Made by a program: the position numbers and the translations under genes
Shown: positions 1-11,060 of the stretch, piece by piece
Numbering within the stretch: the first letter of the stretch is position 1
Layout of the letters: the number at the start of each line of letters is the position of its first letter
Notes under the pieces: model-generated
Told to the model about the DNA's origin: nothing
What the model saw: the letters and a program-made list of their open reading frames with translations, nothing else
The model's database searches: none
NCBI RefSeq assembly: GCF_009834535.1
Contig: NC_045716.1
Span: forward strand, 29,016,001-29,080,000
Direction: 5' to 3'
DNA length: 64,000 nt
Source: Camelus ferus
Taxonomy: Eukaryota

Positions 1-3000
1 GAGCCCACCGCCTGCCCTGTGTCTAGGACCCTGCTGAGCCCTTTGCTTCTGTGCTAATCTCGTTCTCACGAGGTCATGTCATCTGCCCGTTTGCCAGGAA
101 GAGGGAACGGAGGCTGGAGAGGTCCTTGCCGAGGTCACAGAGCGCACAAATTGCACAGCCCGCTCCAGAGCAAAGCTGCCCGCCAAGGGGCCCCTCAGGC
201 ACCATTCCTGGGCCCACATGGGGACTGAGGCCACCGTCCCTGGGCCACGCACACCCCCTGCCAGTCCCCCCACCGCTCCTGACTTCTGGAGATTAGGGCC
301 CAGCGGGCCATCTCCCCCCGGCTGGAGAGGTCTGCACCCCTGATAAGGTGTGGGATGCAGTCCAGCAGCAGGACAGGAGTGGGCAGCGGGCAGGGCTGAG
401 AGCCGGTGGGGCCCCGAGCAGTCACAGCCAGCGTGTTCCAGACTCTGCCTCTGTCCACTTCCCACCTGCAGCTCGCGGCGACGGCCAGCCCTGGCCCTGA
501 CAAGGCCACGACGACATTGAGGGGCAACAGCGCCAAGGGACAAAGAGGTGCCACTCCGACAGTGGGACGGACGGTGCAGGGCGGAGCGTGCTCGCTCGGG
601 ACCGGGGCCGGGGGACAGGCTGGGAGCCTGGCCGCACAGGCCAGGGAAACAGGCTTGAGTTTGCCAAGCTGAGCCAGGTCCCAGAGGACAGAAGAGGAAG
701 GAGGCAATGCAGTGCTGACGTCCTGGACGGACAGGGCCCAAGGACCCAGACGGCTCCTCTGTGGGGTGACCCACAGCGGGTCACACAGGACACCATGCCC
801 GGGGCCGGTGTGCACCTGACAGCCCAGACTGTGCTGTCCTTGGAGTTTATCTGAAGGGAACAGTTGGAGTTAAAACAGGCCATGCACAAAGATGGTCACT
901 GCACCCCTGAGAACAAGAGGGAGGGGGGCCCGGAGGCTGAAAGGAGCCTGCTTCATCTGATAGGAGGCCCAGGGAGGCCACACTGAAGGCAGAGTGACAG
1001 TCCCAGCTGCGGTGACCCAGGACAAGAGCCTGCAGATGGCAGGACAGGGGGCCTACAGGCCCGAGAGCAGGCGGAGGGATGGGCAGGCAGCAGGGGAGGG
1101 GGTGGGTAGCAGGCAGAGGCAGGAGAGCCTAGCCCAGCCCGAGGGGAGCGGCCCACCCGTCAGGAAACACAGCGGGAAGGCCCCAAGGGCCAGGCACCCA
1201 GGCCTCGGCCCCCCAGGGCGAGGCAGGCGCGGGGAGGGTCTCCCCGCAGGAAGCTAACTCATTAAGAGAGCGTATCCCAATTCACGGGACTTCAAATTAA
1301 AAACACCTGCTCTTAAAAGGACGCCAAAAAGACGGCCAGGCTCCGTAAGCCACAGGCAGGGAAAGCACCCACAGGACAAAAGGCTGACAAAGAGGTTAAA
1401 AGCTGGAGTCCACAAAGGACTCCCACAGCCAGAAAGAAAAGGGCACCCAACTTTCCTAGCTGTGTGAAAGACTCCCAGGCACCGAGACAGAGGAGACTCC
1501 CCAGGCGATTAACAGCGTCCAGCATCAGGGCGGCGCAGACTGAGGCCTCAGGAGACACCACTTCACTCCCACGAGCCAGCCGAAGGCAGAGGCGCGCCAC
1601 GCGCGGCCGGGACCTCCCCACACGGGAGCAGGAACGACAGCCAGAAGGACAGACAGCAGTTCCTCGAGGTGAACGCGTGCAGCCCCACGCCAGGAAGCGA
1701 ATGAAACCCCGGTGTGCGCCCGGGAGCAGCAGGCACCCAGCCGCCGGGCACGCACTTGCCAGCCCGGACGGGAGAACAGGTCAGCAGATGCGGCAGAGAG
1801 CTCGGAGCACGCCACCCGGCGCCAAACCCGAGGAAGCACTGCCGCACGCGGTCACATGCGACTCACAGGACCTCAGTGCGGAGCGAAGGGCAGCCAACAC
1901 AGATGCACACGGCCTGGCAGTCCCTCAAACAGGGACCCCCGGTGCTGGCAGAACCGACCTGGGGACAGAAGTCAGAGCCGTGGGGGTGACCAGCAGGCGC
2001 AGAAGCATTCTCCATCTCGTTTGGGGAGCTGGTACGTGGCGGTGCTCAACTCTCAACCCGCCAGGCAGAAGACTTAAGGTCTGGGCCCTTCACTGCTTGC
2101 TCCTGACATCTCAGTGTGGACTAAGGACCGTCCTCCTCTGGGGTTCCGGTCGGGACCCCGAACCCTAAGGCAGGGCCTGGCTCAGGCAGGCTCTCTGCAC
2201 ATCTGCCAATTGAGTGACTGACAGAAGGTGGCAGAGTGACCGAGTGTGTGGGAGGGAGGAGGGGGCAGCAACAGGAGGTGGTGGCAGGGGGCAGCCAGCA
2301 GGTTCCGGGGTGAGGGCAGGCTCGGGGTGTTGGGGGACCAGAAAGAAGCTGGAGGTGTGGGGGGCAAGAGGCACAGTCGGAGGAAGAACTGCGGGTCCCC
2401 TGAACGCTGATGCGTGGGGGGCACGGGGCCGGGGTGGCAGGAGTGCCAAGGGCGAGAACTCTGGCTCCAGGGGCCAGCAGATCTGCTGCCGATGGCCACT
2501 GTCCCCATAACGCCACCCTAAGCCCGTGTGCTCATCCATGAAACGGCGCCACGGCCTGCTCACCTCTTAGGACTAAACGTGCAGACAACAGGGAAGTCAG
2601 GGGAGACCAGAAAACCGGGGGCCCCGGGCCAGGCAGAGGCAGCAGACTGTGCGTGGTGGGAAGTGGGCAGCTCTTGGGTGTCCCTGTAAAGCCACTCAGT
2701 CATGGACACACCTAGACCCAGGGCCAGAAGCCTGGGCCAGGAGGGCAAGGCGGTCCCGAGTCTGCCCGTGGACATGGATGGAGGCTGCAGAGGAGGTGGG
2801 GTGATGAGTGGACACTGAGTTGGGAAAGCGACGCAGGGGTGTGTGCCCACGTGAGCCATCTGCTGGAGGAGGCGGTCAGGGCCGCCGCCCACACAGGCAC
2901 GCGGGGAAGGAGGCCTTGTGCTTCAGGGGGCTGGGGAGCTGTGGCCCTGCGACCTCGTACTCAGGGCAGCTTGTAAACCGCACCCAGACACGTGGCGAGC

Positions 3001-5239
3001 CTGCTGGGAGGCGCTCACCCGGGGGCCTGGGCAGCGTGGGCGACCTGCTCTCGGGTGAATCAGCACCCGCCCCCACCCCGGGAGAGGAGGCAGGGACACA
3101 CAGCACAAAGCCTGCTCGGAGCTCTGGGAGGCCGCGTCCTGTGGTCACTACCATCCCGGCCGTCCGCGAGGGGAGAGGAGGAGGAAGCCGCTGCGGCGGC
3201 GGCGGCTGCGTTTCCTTTTAAAAAGCTCCCTTTAGTGCTGTTAGGACGATGCGTTGTTTTAAATGGTGTTTCAACCATAAACAAAAATCAAGTAATTGAG
3301 AGGGGGGGGAGGGGGGGAGGCTGGAGGTTCTGGGCACCTCCCCGGGGCCCCTGCCCAGGAGGCCCCTCTGGCCTGACCACAGTCACCACCTTTGGCTGCT
3401 CCCACAGGCCCAAGCCATCTGCATACATAGCGATTCTGTTCTTCTGTGTCCCCCAGAGGGGGACAGCCACTGAGGGGCAGGGGAGGCGAGGAGAGCCGGG
3501 GAGGGACGGGCCTCCCACAGCCTCAGCTCCGCGGCTGGGACAGCTCCCCACCACGTGCTCAGGTCACAGACCTGGACGCACGCAGAGTCCTGAGCCCCCA
3601 CCTGCTGTCAGGACAGAGGCAGGGCCCCTGGCAGAGCCGGCGGGCGCTTGGGCCCGTTTCAGCCGCCCGTTCACTGGGAAAGGAAACCACAAAAGGCGGC
3701 CGAGGCAGACACGGTCCCTCTTTGTCCCGGGGCAGAAGCAGAGGCCCGGCTATATTTACTTACGGAGAAAAACAGTGCAGGTCGGAGCCTGGTAAACAGC
3801 TGGCCCGTTACAGGGAACCAAAAATACTCCCTATAATTATGGTGTTAAAACACACCAGAGAAGTCGACCCGCCCGCTCAGCAAGGGCCCCGCGACGGCGC
3901 GGGGACTGGGGAGGCCAAGCACGTTGGCCCGAGGGTGCCCTGGAGTCACTGGGCGGCTGTCCGTCACGCCCCCTCAGGACCACCGCAGGCCTGGTCTCAG
4001 CCTCACCGCCAGCCCAGGAGGCTCCTGATCCCAGCTCACCCCTGGAAACACGCTCCTCTGTGAGCAGGGAGGGGGAGCGCTGCTGTGGCCCCCAGGACCT
4101 AGAGTCACCTCACCCCACGAGCAGGGACCACAGCAGCTTTGGGCCCCCGGCCACTGACCAAGGCTTTCTCCTGAGAACGGGGAGAAAGGGGTAAAAAAGG
4201 ATCTTAATCTTCTCTGGCATTTCACCGCTGCATGACAAGTATTCATACATCACTCGTGTAATTAAATCTAAATTAAAAACATCAAAGCAGATGGAGGGGA
4301 TTGAGCCGCAGCCCTTCCCAGCCCTGCCCCTGCCGCGCCCTCCCCACCCCACCCCACCCAGACCCTCGACTGGCCACCACCAGGGCATCAGAGCCCCCCA
4401 CTCCCCAGGCCACCTGTTCGCCTCCTTCCACAGAGGGCCCGACCTGGGGGCGCTGCACCTGTCTGGTGCCTTGGATCTGCCATCCTGCCCCCTCCCCAGC
4501 CTGGCTGACCGCCTCTCTCCCTCCAGCAGACGGGTCTCCCCAGGCCTGTCCAGCCCCGTGCCCGGGTAGGATCTTGTTCTGCGTGGTGTCGCTGGGGGCA
4601 GGTCACCAGCTGCCCTGTTTCCTTCCATCCGTGCTTAGCAAAGTGTGAATGAACGTGGCAAAGACACCTACAGAAACAAGGCACCGGGAGCTGGAGGGGC
4701 CCAGACTTGCCTTCACAGCAAGGAGCCCTCAGCCTGGTGAGAAAGGAGAACTGGCCCGGCCCCTCCCACGCCCGCCACCACTGGCCCTGAACCAGAACCT
4801 AGGCTCCTGTCCAGAGCTCTGTCCCGTGAGACCTGGGTGAGAGAACGCTTGAATGAACTGGGAGGACTGGGAGAGGTCCCACGTGAGCCCAGGAATCCGG
4901 GCAGGCGGGTGTCACACTCGGGGGCTGGGGGCCGGCTGCCGGCTGCCGGCTGCAGACACCTCGGGCCCTGCACACCACGCCTCCCCCTCCTGGGAGCTGC
5001 CTGAGGCCGGCTGGGCTGACCTGCGTGCGGGGACCCTGGTGGTGGGCCGCCTTCCACTCCAGCCCCCAGAGGCCCAGCCGGGCTGCTGGCCACCAGCACT
5101 GAGGCCGGGCCGGCACATCTGGGAAAGCGCTCCGGGGCTCTGGGCCCACCAGGACGGTGCGTGGGAGGGCTGCCCTGCCCCTACTCCAGTCCACAAACAG
5201 AGATCAGAGACCTGGGATCAGCCTTGAAGCTTTTATTGT

Positions 5240-5290
5240 CTCATTTACAGGCAAGGAAACTGAGGCCCAGAGAGGGGTGAGGGCCTGGCC
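5240..5290 (-). mobile_element. MIR SINE core fragment
   Basis: catttacaggcaaggaaactgaggcccagagagg resembles the MIR core. Confidence 0.7.
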
Positions 5291-7299
5291 AGTTCAGCGC
5301 AGGGCAGAGGCTGCTGCCGCCCACAGACCCCTCCAGCAAAGCCAGCCTCCCCTCTCTGCTCCCTGAGACCTTCCACCCAGGCCCTCCCACAGGTAACACC
5401 CCGCCCGCAGAAGGGGTGGGACTCACCTGCCCAGGGAAGGAACAGATTTCATCCCCAGATTCATTTCCTGCCTGTGTGTTCTTGGGGCAGTGCATGAACT
5501 CCCCCAGGAAACAGGCTTAACTCAACTCAGAGGGGTTCAAAGGTCAACAGTGGGACGGAGCTCAGCCCAGAGCACCTGCAACCTCTCCGGGGCAGCCTCA
5601 GGCTCCAGCCCCTGCTCCCCCCGAGGGAAAGCGGGAGGCAGGCACCCCTCAAGGCCGCTGCCCTGCAGAAGCCACGTCTGAGGTGCTCCGCGTCTTCACC
5701 GTGTGGAAGAGTGACGCTGCTTCAGTAACCAGAAGGAACAACTCTCCACAAAAAAGAACCTGCATAAAAATATCTGTCTGTGTGTTTCTAAAGCAGACGA
5801 CAGACAAAAGGCCAGCGTCACTGAACTCTAAGGAGAGGGGTTTCTGAGGGCCGGGGTGGTCAAGAGCAGCTGGAGGCGGCCGGAGGGGCCTCCTGTAGTG
5901 GCCGGTTCTGTCTCACGACGCTGCAAACCAAAGGCCGTCCCCTGCGGCTGTGCTCAGAGCAGGCGGGGCTCCTTTGCCTCTTCATCTCTGAGCCCCGAAA
6001 GCAAATGCAGTGCCATGTCAGAGGGAGCGCGCCACCCAGGAGGCAGCCCTGGGGCCAGGATCCGGATCCTCCCCACCATCCACACTTCCTCTGCAGGGCC
6101 CTTCCCGCTGGGCCCGGCTGCCGGGGAGATGACCACAGGTGACCCGTCCTCAGCCCCCGGGCTGACCCCAGCCCCTCCCTGAAAACACACACACTGACCC
6201 CTCGGGTCCCATCAGCCAGGCACCCCCGTCCTGTGACTCATTCACTCTTCTGAGGGCCTGCAGGAGGCAGTGTCTCCTCCCCAAGGCTGCACAGGAAAGC
6301 AAGCCCCACCCCTCGCTCTGCAGGCCTCTGGACGGGACAGACCTGGGCTCCCCACTGGCTCTGAGCACCTAGCTGAGCATCACCCCTGGCCAGGGGGGAC
6401 TCTCAGGCCGGGGTCCCAGCAGGGCCCTGCCGTCCCAGGCCTCCGTCTTCCCACTGAGATGGTGGTAGTGAAAACGCTACGAAAAGGAGGAAGTGTCCCC
6501 ATTCTCAACAGTAACACGACAGCGACAATCAGGCTGGCGCAGGTGACGCCCAGCGCGTGGTGGGCGGGCCCGCGAGGCAGGAGGCCCATCCGACAGGCAG
6601 AGCCACAACGCCGCGCTGCGTGTTTCCCGAGCCACTGACACAATTCCAGCGCCCTAACCGCATTCTAACCACCTGCCCAGCGGCCAGTGTTTGTTTCTGG
6701 ATGGCCCTTCGGTCAAGAGTCGGGAGGCGTGGCCCATTCCCTGGGAATCACACAGCGTTCTGCCCTGATGTCTCTCTAGAACCTTCCAGCCATGGGTCCT
6801 GACCCACCAGGGCTGCAGGCACAACAGGCAAGCCATCTGAGGCCGTCACCCTTCTCGGGGGAGCCGGGGAGTCCCTGTCATGACCAGGAAGTGGAGGTGG
6901 GATTGTCGGGGAGTCCAGCCGGGCGTGGCGTGGAGGAGGGGGCACCCCAGGATGACTCAAACCCTCACCAGCTGGTTCAGGGCACCAGTCTGACTAACAC
7001 CCTCTGAAGGCCTAATCCAGCACCCACCACTCACTATGAAAACATGGCAGAACTAACCATTCCGACCAGAGCTCATCACAGAGCGAGGTGGCGCTCAGAA
7101 GGCAGCCAGCTGGGCCTTGCCCACAGCAACACAGCAAGGTCCCCTCCCCCGGACCGGAGAGCCAGCCCCCACTCTCAGGAGTCCCCAGGGCAGGACTCTT
7201 GGCCAGCTCAACATCACCCTGCCCTGAAGCTTAAGAAAAATTACCAAAGGCCGAGCCCCACGGCCAGGCACAGAATCCACGTGGGGTGTGGCCTGGGCG

Positions 7300-7392
7300 C
7301 CAGCCTTTTTTTTTTTTTTATAATTAATAGACTTTAAATATTTGGGGGGGCAGTTTTAAGTTTAGAGAAAAACTGAGTAAAGCACACAAAGA
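7300..7392 (-). mobile_element. Old L1M (L1MC/MB-like) 3' end fragment with T tract
   Basis: aatagacttt...cagttttaagtttagagaaaaactgagta resembles the reverse strand of L1M 3' ends. Confidence 0.55.
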
Positions 7393-9263
7393 ATCAGTCA
7401 TCAGCATGTGCGAAGCTCCCAGCTGACTCCAGCATGTTGCAGGGGGGAGCCCTGAGCTAGCCCTGCCGCTGCGACCAGAGAAGCAGAGGGCCACCCCCGT
7501 CACCCACCTGGGTGGCAGCCAGGAGCCCGAGAACCCAGGCTAATTCTCACAAGCAGCAAACCCCAGCCCGGCCACTAGTTCTGGCACAGCCCACAAGGTA
7601 GGAGTGGCGGTTACAGTTTTTAACAGTCGGGAAAAATATCAGAAGAGTTCACGATGTGAAAATATTTACTCCGCAGACCATCGCAGGAAAAGCCTGCCGA
7701 CCCTGCCCCAGGAAGCCGCGCCGCTGAGGGAGGGCGGCCCTCCGGAGGGAGCCCCACCCGGGCAGGCCTAACAATTCCCTGCCCGTCTTCAGAGGCCAAG
7801 TGGCCGCAGGTGTGCTGCGGAGCCCTCAGAAGTGAACCTGCACCTCTGAGAAGCTCACCAGGAGCTCCCGAGCCCAACCGCCTCCCGCTGGGTCTGTTCT
7901 GCTTGTCTGTAACGTCTGTTTTCCAGAGACACCACGCATCCCTGAGCACATCCCAGGCCGCTCTGTCCACACCAAGGCTGACTCAGACCCTCCTCCCCGA
8001 CCTCAATGGTTTTCATTGATTCCTGTCCTGAAAATTTCCCCAAGTTTCACCACCTTTCTCTGCTACAAATCAAAACACTGTCTGGGAGCAGGCTGCTCTG
8101 GGTCCCCTGGCCTCTGGAGCCTGCTCCTACCTTTCACAGAAGTTGGCAGAGCCCACCTGGAGTGATTGAAGGAGCCCTGGAAAGGCTTTCAGAATAAAAA
8201 CACCACCCACTGAGGTCCGAAAGACCTCCATCCACAGGCAGACTCACAATGCAAACCATTCCACGTTTCCGTGAATTAATCCAATCAGACAACTTTCCAG
8301 CTCACACCCAGCAGAGACAGCCCAGTGGAGGTGAGGGCTGAGGGCCGGCATGTGAAGGGTGGGATAAGTCTCCCGCACCCCACCCTGGGCACAGGGAGGC
8401 CAGAAGGGGTGTCCAAAGAGGGGAGGGGCCGCCCGGCACCAAGAACCAAGCAACGTGCTTTCGGGAAGGGGCACCGAAGATATGGCAGGCGGCAGGCACT
8501 GATGTCAAGGTTGGGGACCCTCGTATCTTGATGCCAGAGCCTTCTGGGGGGGGCATTCCCACCCCCAGCCCAGCGGGCCCCTCCCACAGCACTAGAGCTC
8601 AACGGAGTAAGCCAGGGCACCAGGAAGGGCAGGGAGGAACACAAACTATTTTTTTCCAGAGCAGGGGCCTGCCCTAGTCGCGCACGGGGAGGGGACGGGA
8701 AGGGGAAGGGTGAGGGGGGCCGAGCCCAGGGCACGACGTTAGTTCTGCTCCGGAGGCTCCAGATTAAACAGCTCCAGGCAGGAAGACCGCCTTCTCCCAG
8801 ATTGGTCAGGAAGTCATGATGCAAGTTTGCAATTTTTTTTTTTAATACGAAAGAGAAAAAGAGATTCGTGCCCCCCTCACCAGCCCTCCAGCCCCTCCCA
8901 GAGGGGCCAGCACCGTACCCCACCCCCGTGCCCCTACCCCCAACGCCCCGGGCGGAGGCCCTAACCGCCCTCTCTGGGGGCGCTGGCTGCCCGCCCCCGT
9001 GGGCACCCGGGTGCCATCTGCCCGCCGCCCCGCCGCCGCCCTCCCAGCCTGGCGCTCGGACGGGCCCGGCCTCCCCGGCCGCCGCGGCGCTCTCATGCTT
9101 CTGGAATGCGGGCGCCCAGGGCCGCGCGTCCCGGGGAATCTCCGCGCCCGCCCGCGCACGGTCCTAGCCCCGGCCAGCCTCACTGGGCGGCGGGGCCGGA
9201 AGGCTGCGAGCAGGGACGCAGACCTTGTCCCAGCACGGCGCCCGCCGCGCCCGCCCGACTCAC

Positions 9264-9327
9264 CGGCCAGAAGCGCGAAGGGCAGCAGCAGCCAGTAGAG
9301 GACGGCGCCGAGCACGTGCGGCTCCAT
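9264..9327 (-). CDS. PIEZO1: PIEZO1 mechanosensitive channel, coding exon 1 (gene continues beyond base 1; 1..9263 is intron 1)
   Basis: MEPHVLGAVLYWLLLPFALLA matches the PIEZO1 N-terminus; 64-nt phase-1 exon ending G|GTGAGT; CpG island; syntenic with CDT1/APRT/GALNS. Confidence 0.96.
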
Positions 9328-9498
9328 GCCCGAGGGGCCCGCGGGGCCGGCCCGGGGTCGCTCGGCCGCCGCGGCGCTAAGGGGCGGCGCGGGGGACCCG
9401 GGGCCCGCGCGCCATGGCGCACTGGGCGGGTCGCCGCACGTGCCGCGCTCCGCGGCCAGGGCCCGGCTGGTCGGCGGGGACGGGAGCGCCTCCGCGCC

Positions 9499-9521
9499 CT
9501 CCTGCTCCTGCTCCTGCTCCT
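9499..9521. repeat. (CTCCTG)x~4 hexamer repeat in the predicted PIEZO1 5' UTR
   Basis: ctcctgctcctgctcctgctcct read directly. Confidence 0.8.
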
Positions 9522-9694
9522 ACGGCCGGGGCCCGCCGTGCCCCGCGGGTGCCGACGGCCGAGGCCTGCGCTCGCCCCGGTGGGAGTCCTGCCCCGCGGC
9601 GGAGCGCAGCGCGCGGCTCTGGGCGCCTTGCGGAGGCCGAGCTGGGCCGGACGCGGCTCGGCGGCTCCCTCCTCCCTCGGCCCGCCCGCGGGCC

Positions 9695-9700
9695 TTTATA
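9695..9700 (-). promoter_or_regulatory. TATA box candidate of PIEZO1
   Basis: TATAAA on - strand (plus tttata), an isolated AT hexamer in the CpG island about 370 nt upstream of the ATG. Confidence 0.6.
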
Positions 9701-10058
9701 GGCTCGGCCCCCCGCCCTCCCGGCGTGCCCGCCTCCGCGCCTCCCCGACGGCCTTGCGCACTCCGGCGCGCCCTCCGCGGCTCCACGCGGCGCGCGCCGC
9801 CCCCCGCCTCCCTGGACGCGACCGGCCGGCAGGGACACGACACCCCCGTGCGGCGCACGCCCCGGGAAGACCCCCGGTCTCAACAGCCTAGGCGCTGCCG
9901 CTCCGCGTCGCGTGGGGGCGGGTAGGCGCCACTTTTCCGCCGGCGGACCCCGCTGGAGCGCTCGTTAAGGGCCGGGCTTTCCCGAGCAGCACCCCACGCG
10001 CAACTGCGCCCCGCGTGGCAGGAGCGGCTGAGGCTTCGCTCCCGCGGACGTGAGCCCG

Positions 10059-10073
10059 CAGCGCCCCCTGGGG
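10059..10073 (-). promoter_or_regulatory. CTCF motif candidate upstream of PIEZO1
   Basis: - strand CCCCAGGGGGCGCTG resembles the CTCF core CCASYAGGGGGCGC. Confidence 0.45.
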
Positions 10074-10974
10074 ACCACGGGGTGGCTCGGAGGCCCCGCG
10101 CTCAGGGCCAGGGCCACCGCGAAGCGGTGGATCAGGTGGGAGGGCCCGCGAGGTCCGCCGGGGGCTGGGGGCCGCTTCCACTCGCGCCCGCCACCACCCT
10201 CGGCTCTGCCTTCATCATGTTGCTGTAGGAGGGAAGTGACAACTGCCCTGGGGCGGACAGGGCAGGGTCTGAGCCCAGGCTGTGCTGGGCACTTCGCCCA
10301 AGCCCCCTAGGCTGTCCTTCACCACCCTTGAGTTGGGATGGGAAAGAAGAAAGGGAGAGGGTCACACAGTGTTAGAGGCAGAGCCCACCGGGGTGCCTGG
10401 GCTCAGTCCTGGGTGAGGGACTGAGGAGCCTGGTGGGTGCAGGGGACCCCGAGAGTCTGCAGCCCGCACTGCCCGGCTCCAGGCGGGCTGAGGATGCCAG
10501 CTCCAACACAGCCCCTGACCCTCCCACTCTTCAAAAGCCAGAAACGCTGACTTCCCTGAAGTCTGGTGTTTAAATGCTAATTGGTTTTCTACCCGCCTCT
10601 GCTTCTGCCTGCTCATTCCTGTCTTAACTCCCGGCCAGAGTTATGTCTGATCCTGGACTTCTTCTAGACCCCTTGAGACTTGTAGCCTCAGGGTCCTCCC
10701 CAAGGTCAGAGCCCAAAGGAGGCTAGGGACGTGCAGTCTAGCTAATTGAGAGTTCCAGGACCCACCTGTAAATACGGCATGTTCTCAGCCTCTTGCAGAG
10801 GTGGCTGGAAACACCCTTAAGTTCAGGCCCGAATCTAGCCACCTGCGGCCATCCCTTGGCAAGGACTGCAGCCAGGGTCTCTGAGCAGTGCCAGGGTCAA
10901 CAGAGGTGCCAGAAGGATATCCCCCAGCAGCTCCACTGGCTGCTGGCCTCATGCCCCAGGAGGCAAGTCTCCTC

Positions 10975-11060
10975 TTGGTGCCTCAGGGGCATCTATGGGA
11001 TGGGGTGGGTGCCCAGCTGCAGAATTGTGAGGATTTAAGAGCAGACTGTGTAAAAGTTGA
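10975..11060 (+). mobile_element. Degenerate MIR fragment
   Basis: cctcagggg-catctatgggatggg...ttgtgaggatttaaga resembles the MIR 3' half. Confidence 0.4.

Larger units (their letters stand above)
8950..10200. promoter_or_regulatory. PIEZO1 CpG-island promoter
   Basis: Very high CpG density and GC boxes spanning exon 1 and upstream; boundaries approximate. Confidence 0.85.

Noticed and set aside
9106-9925. 261-aa and 199-aa + strand ORFs over the PIEZO1 promoter
   Set aside because: Artefacts of an extremely GC-rich CpG island
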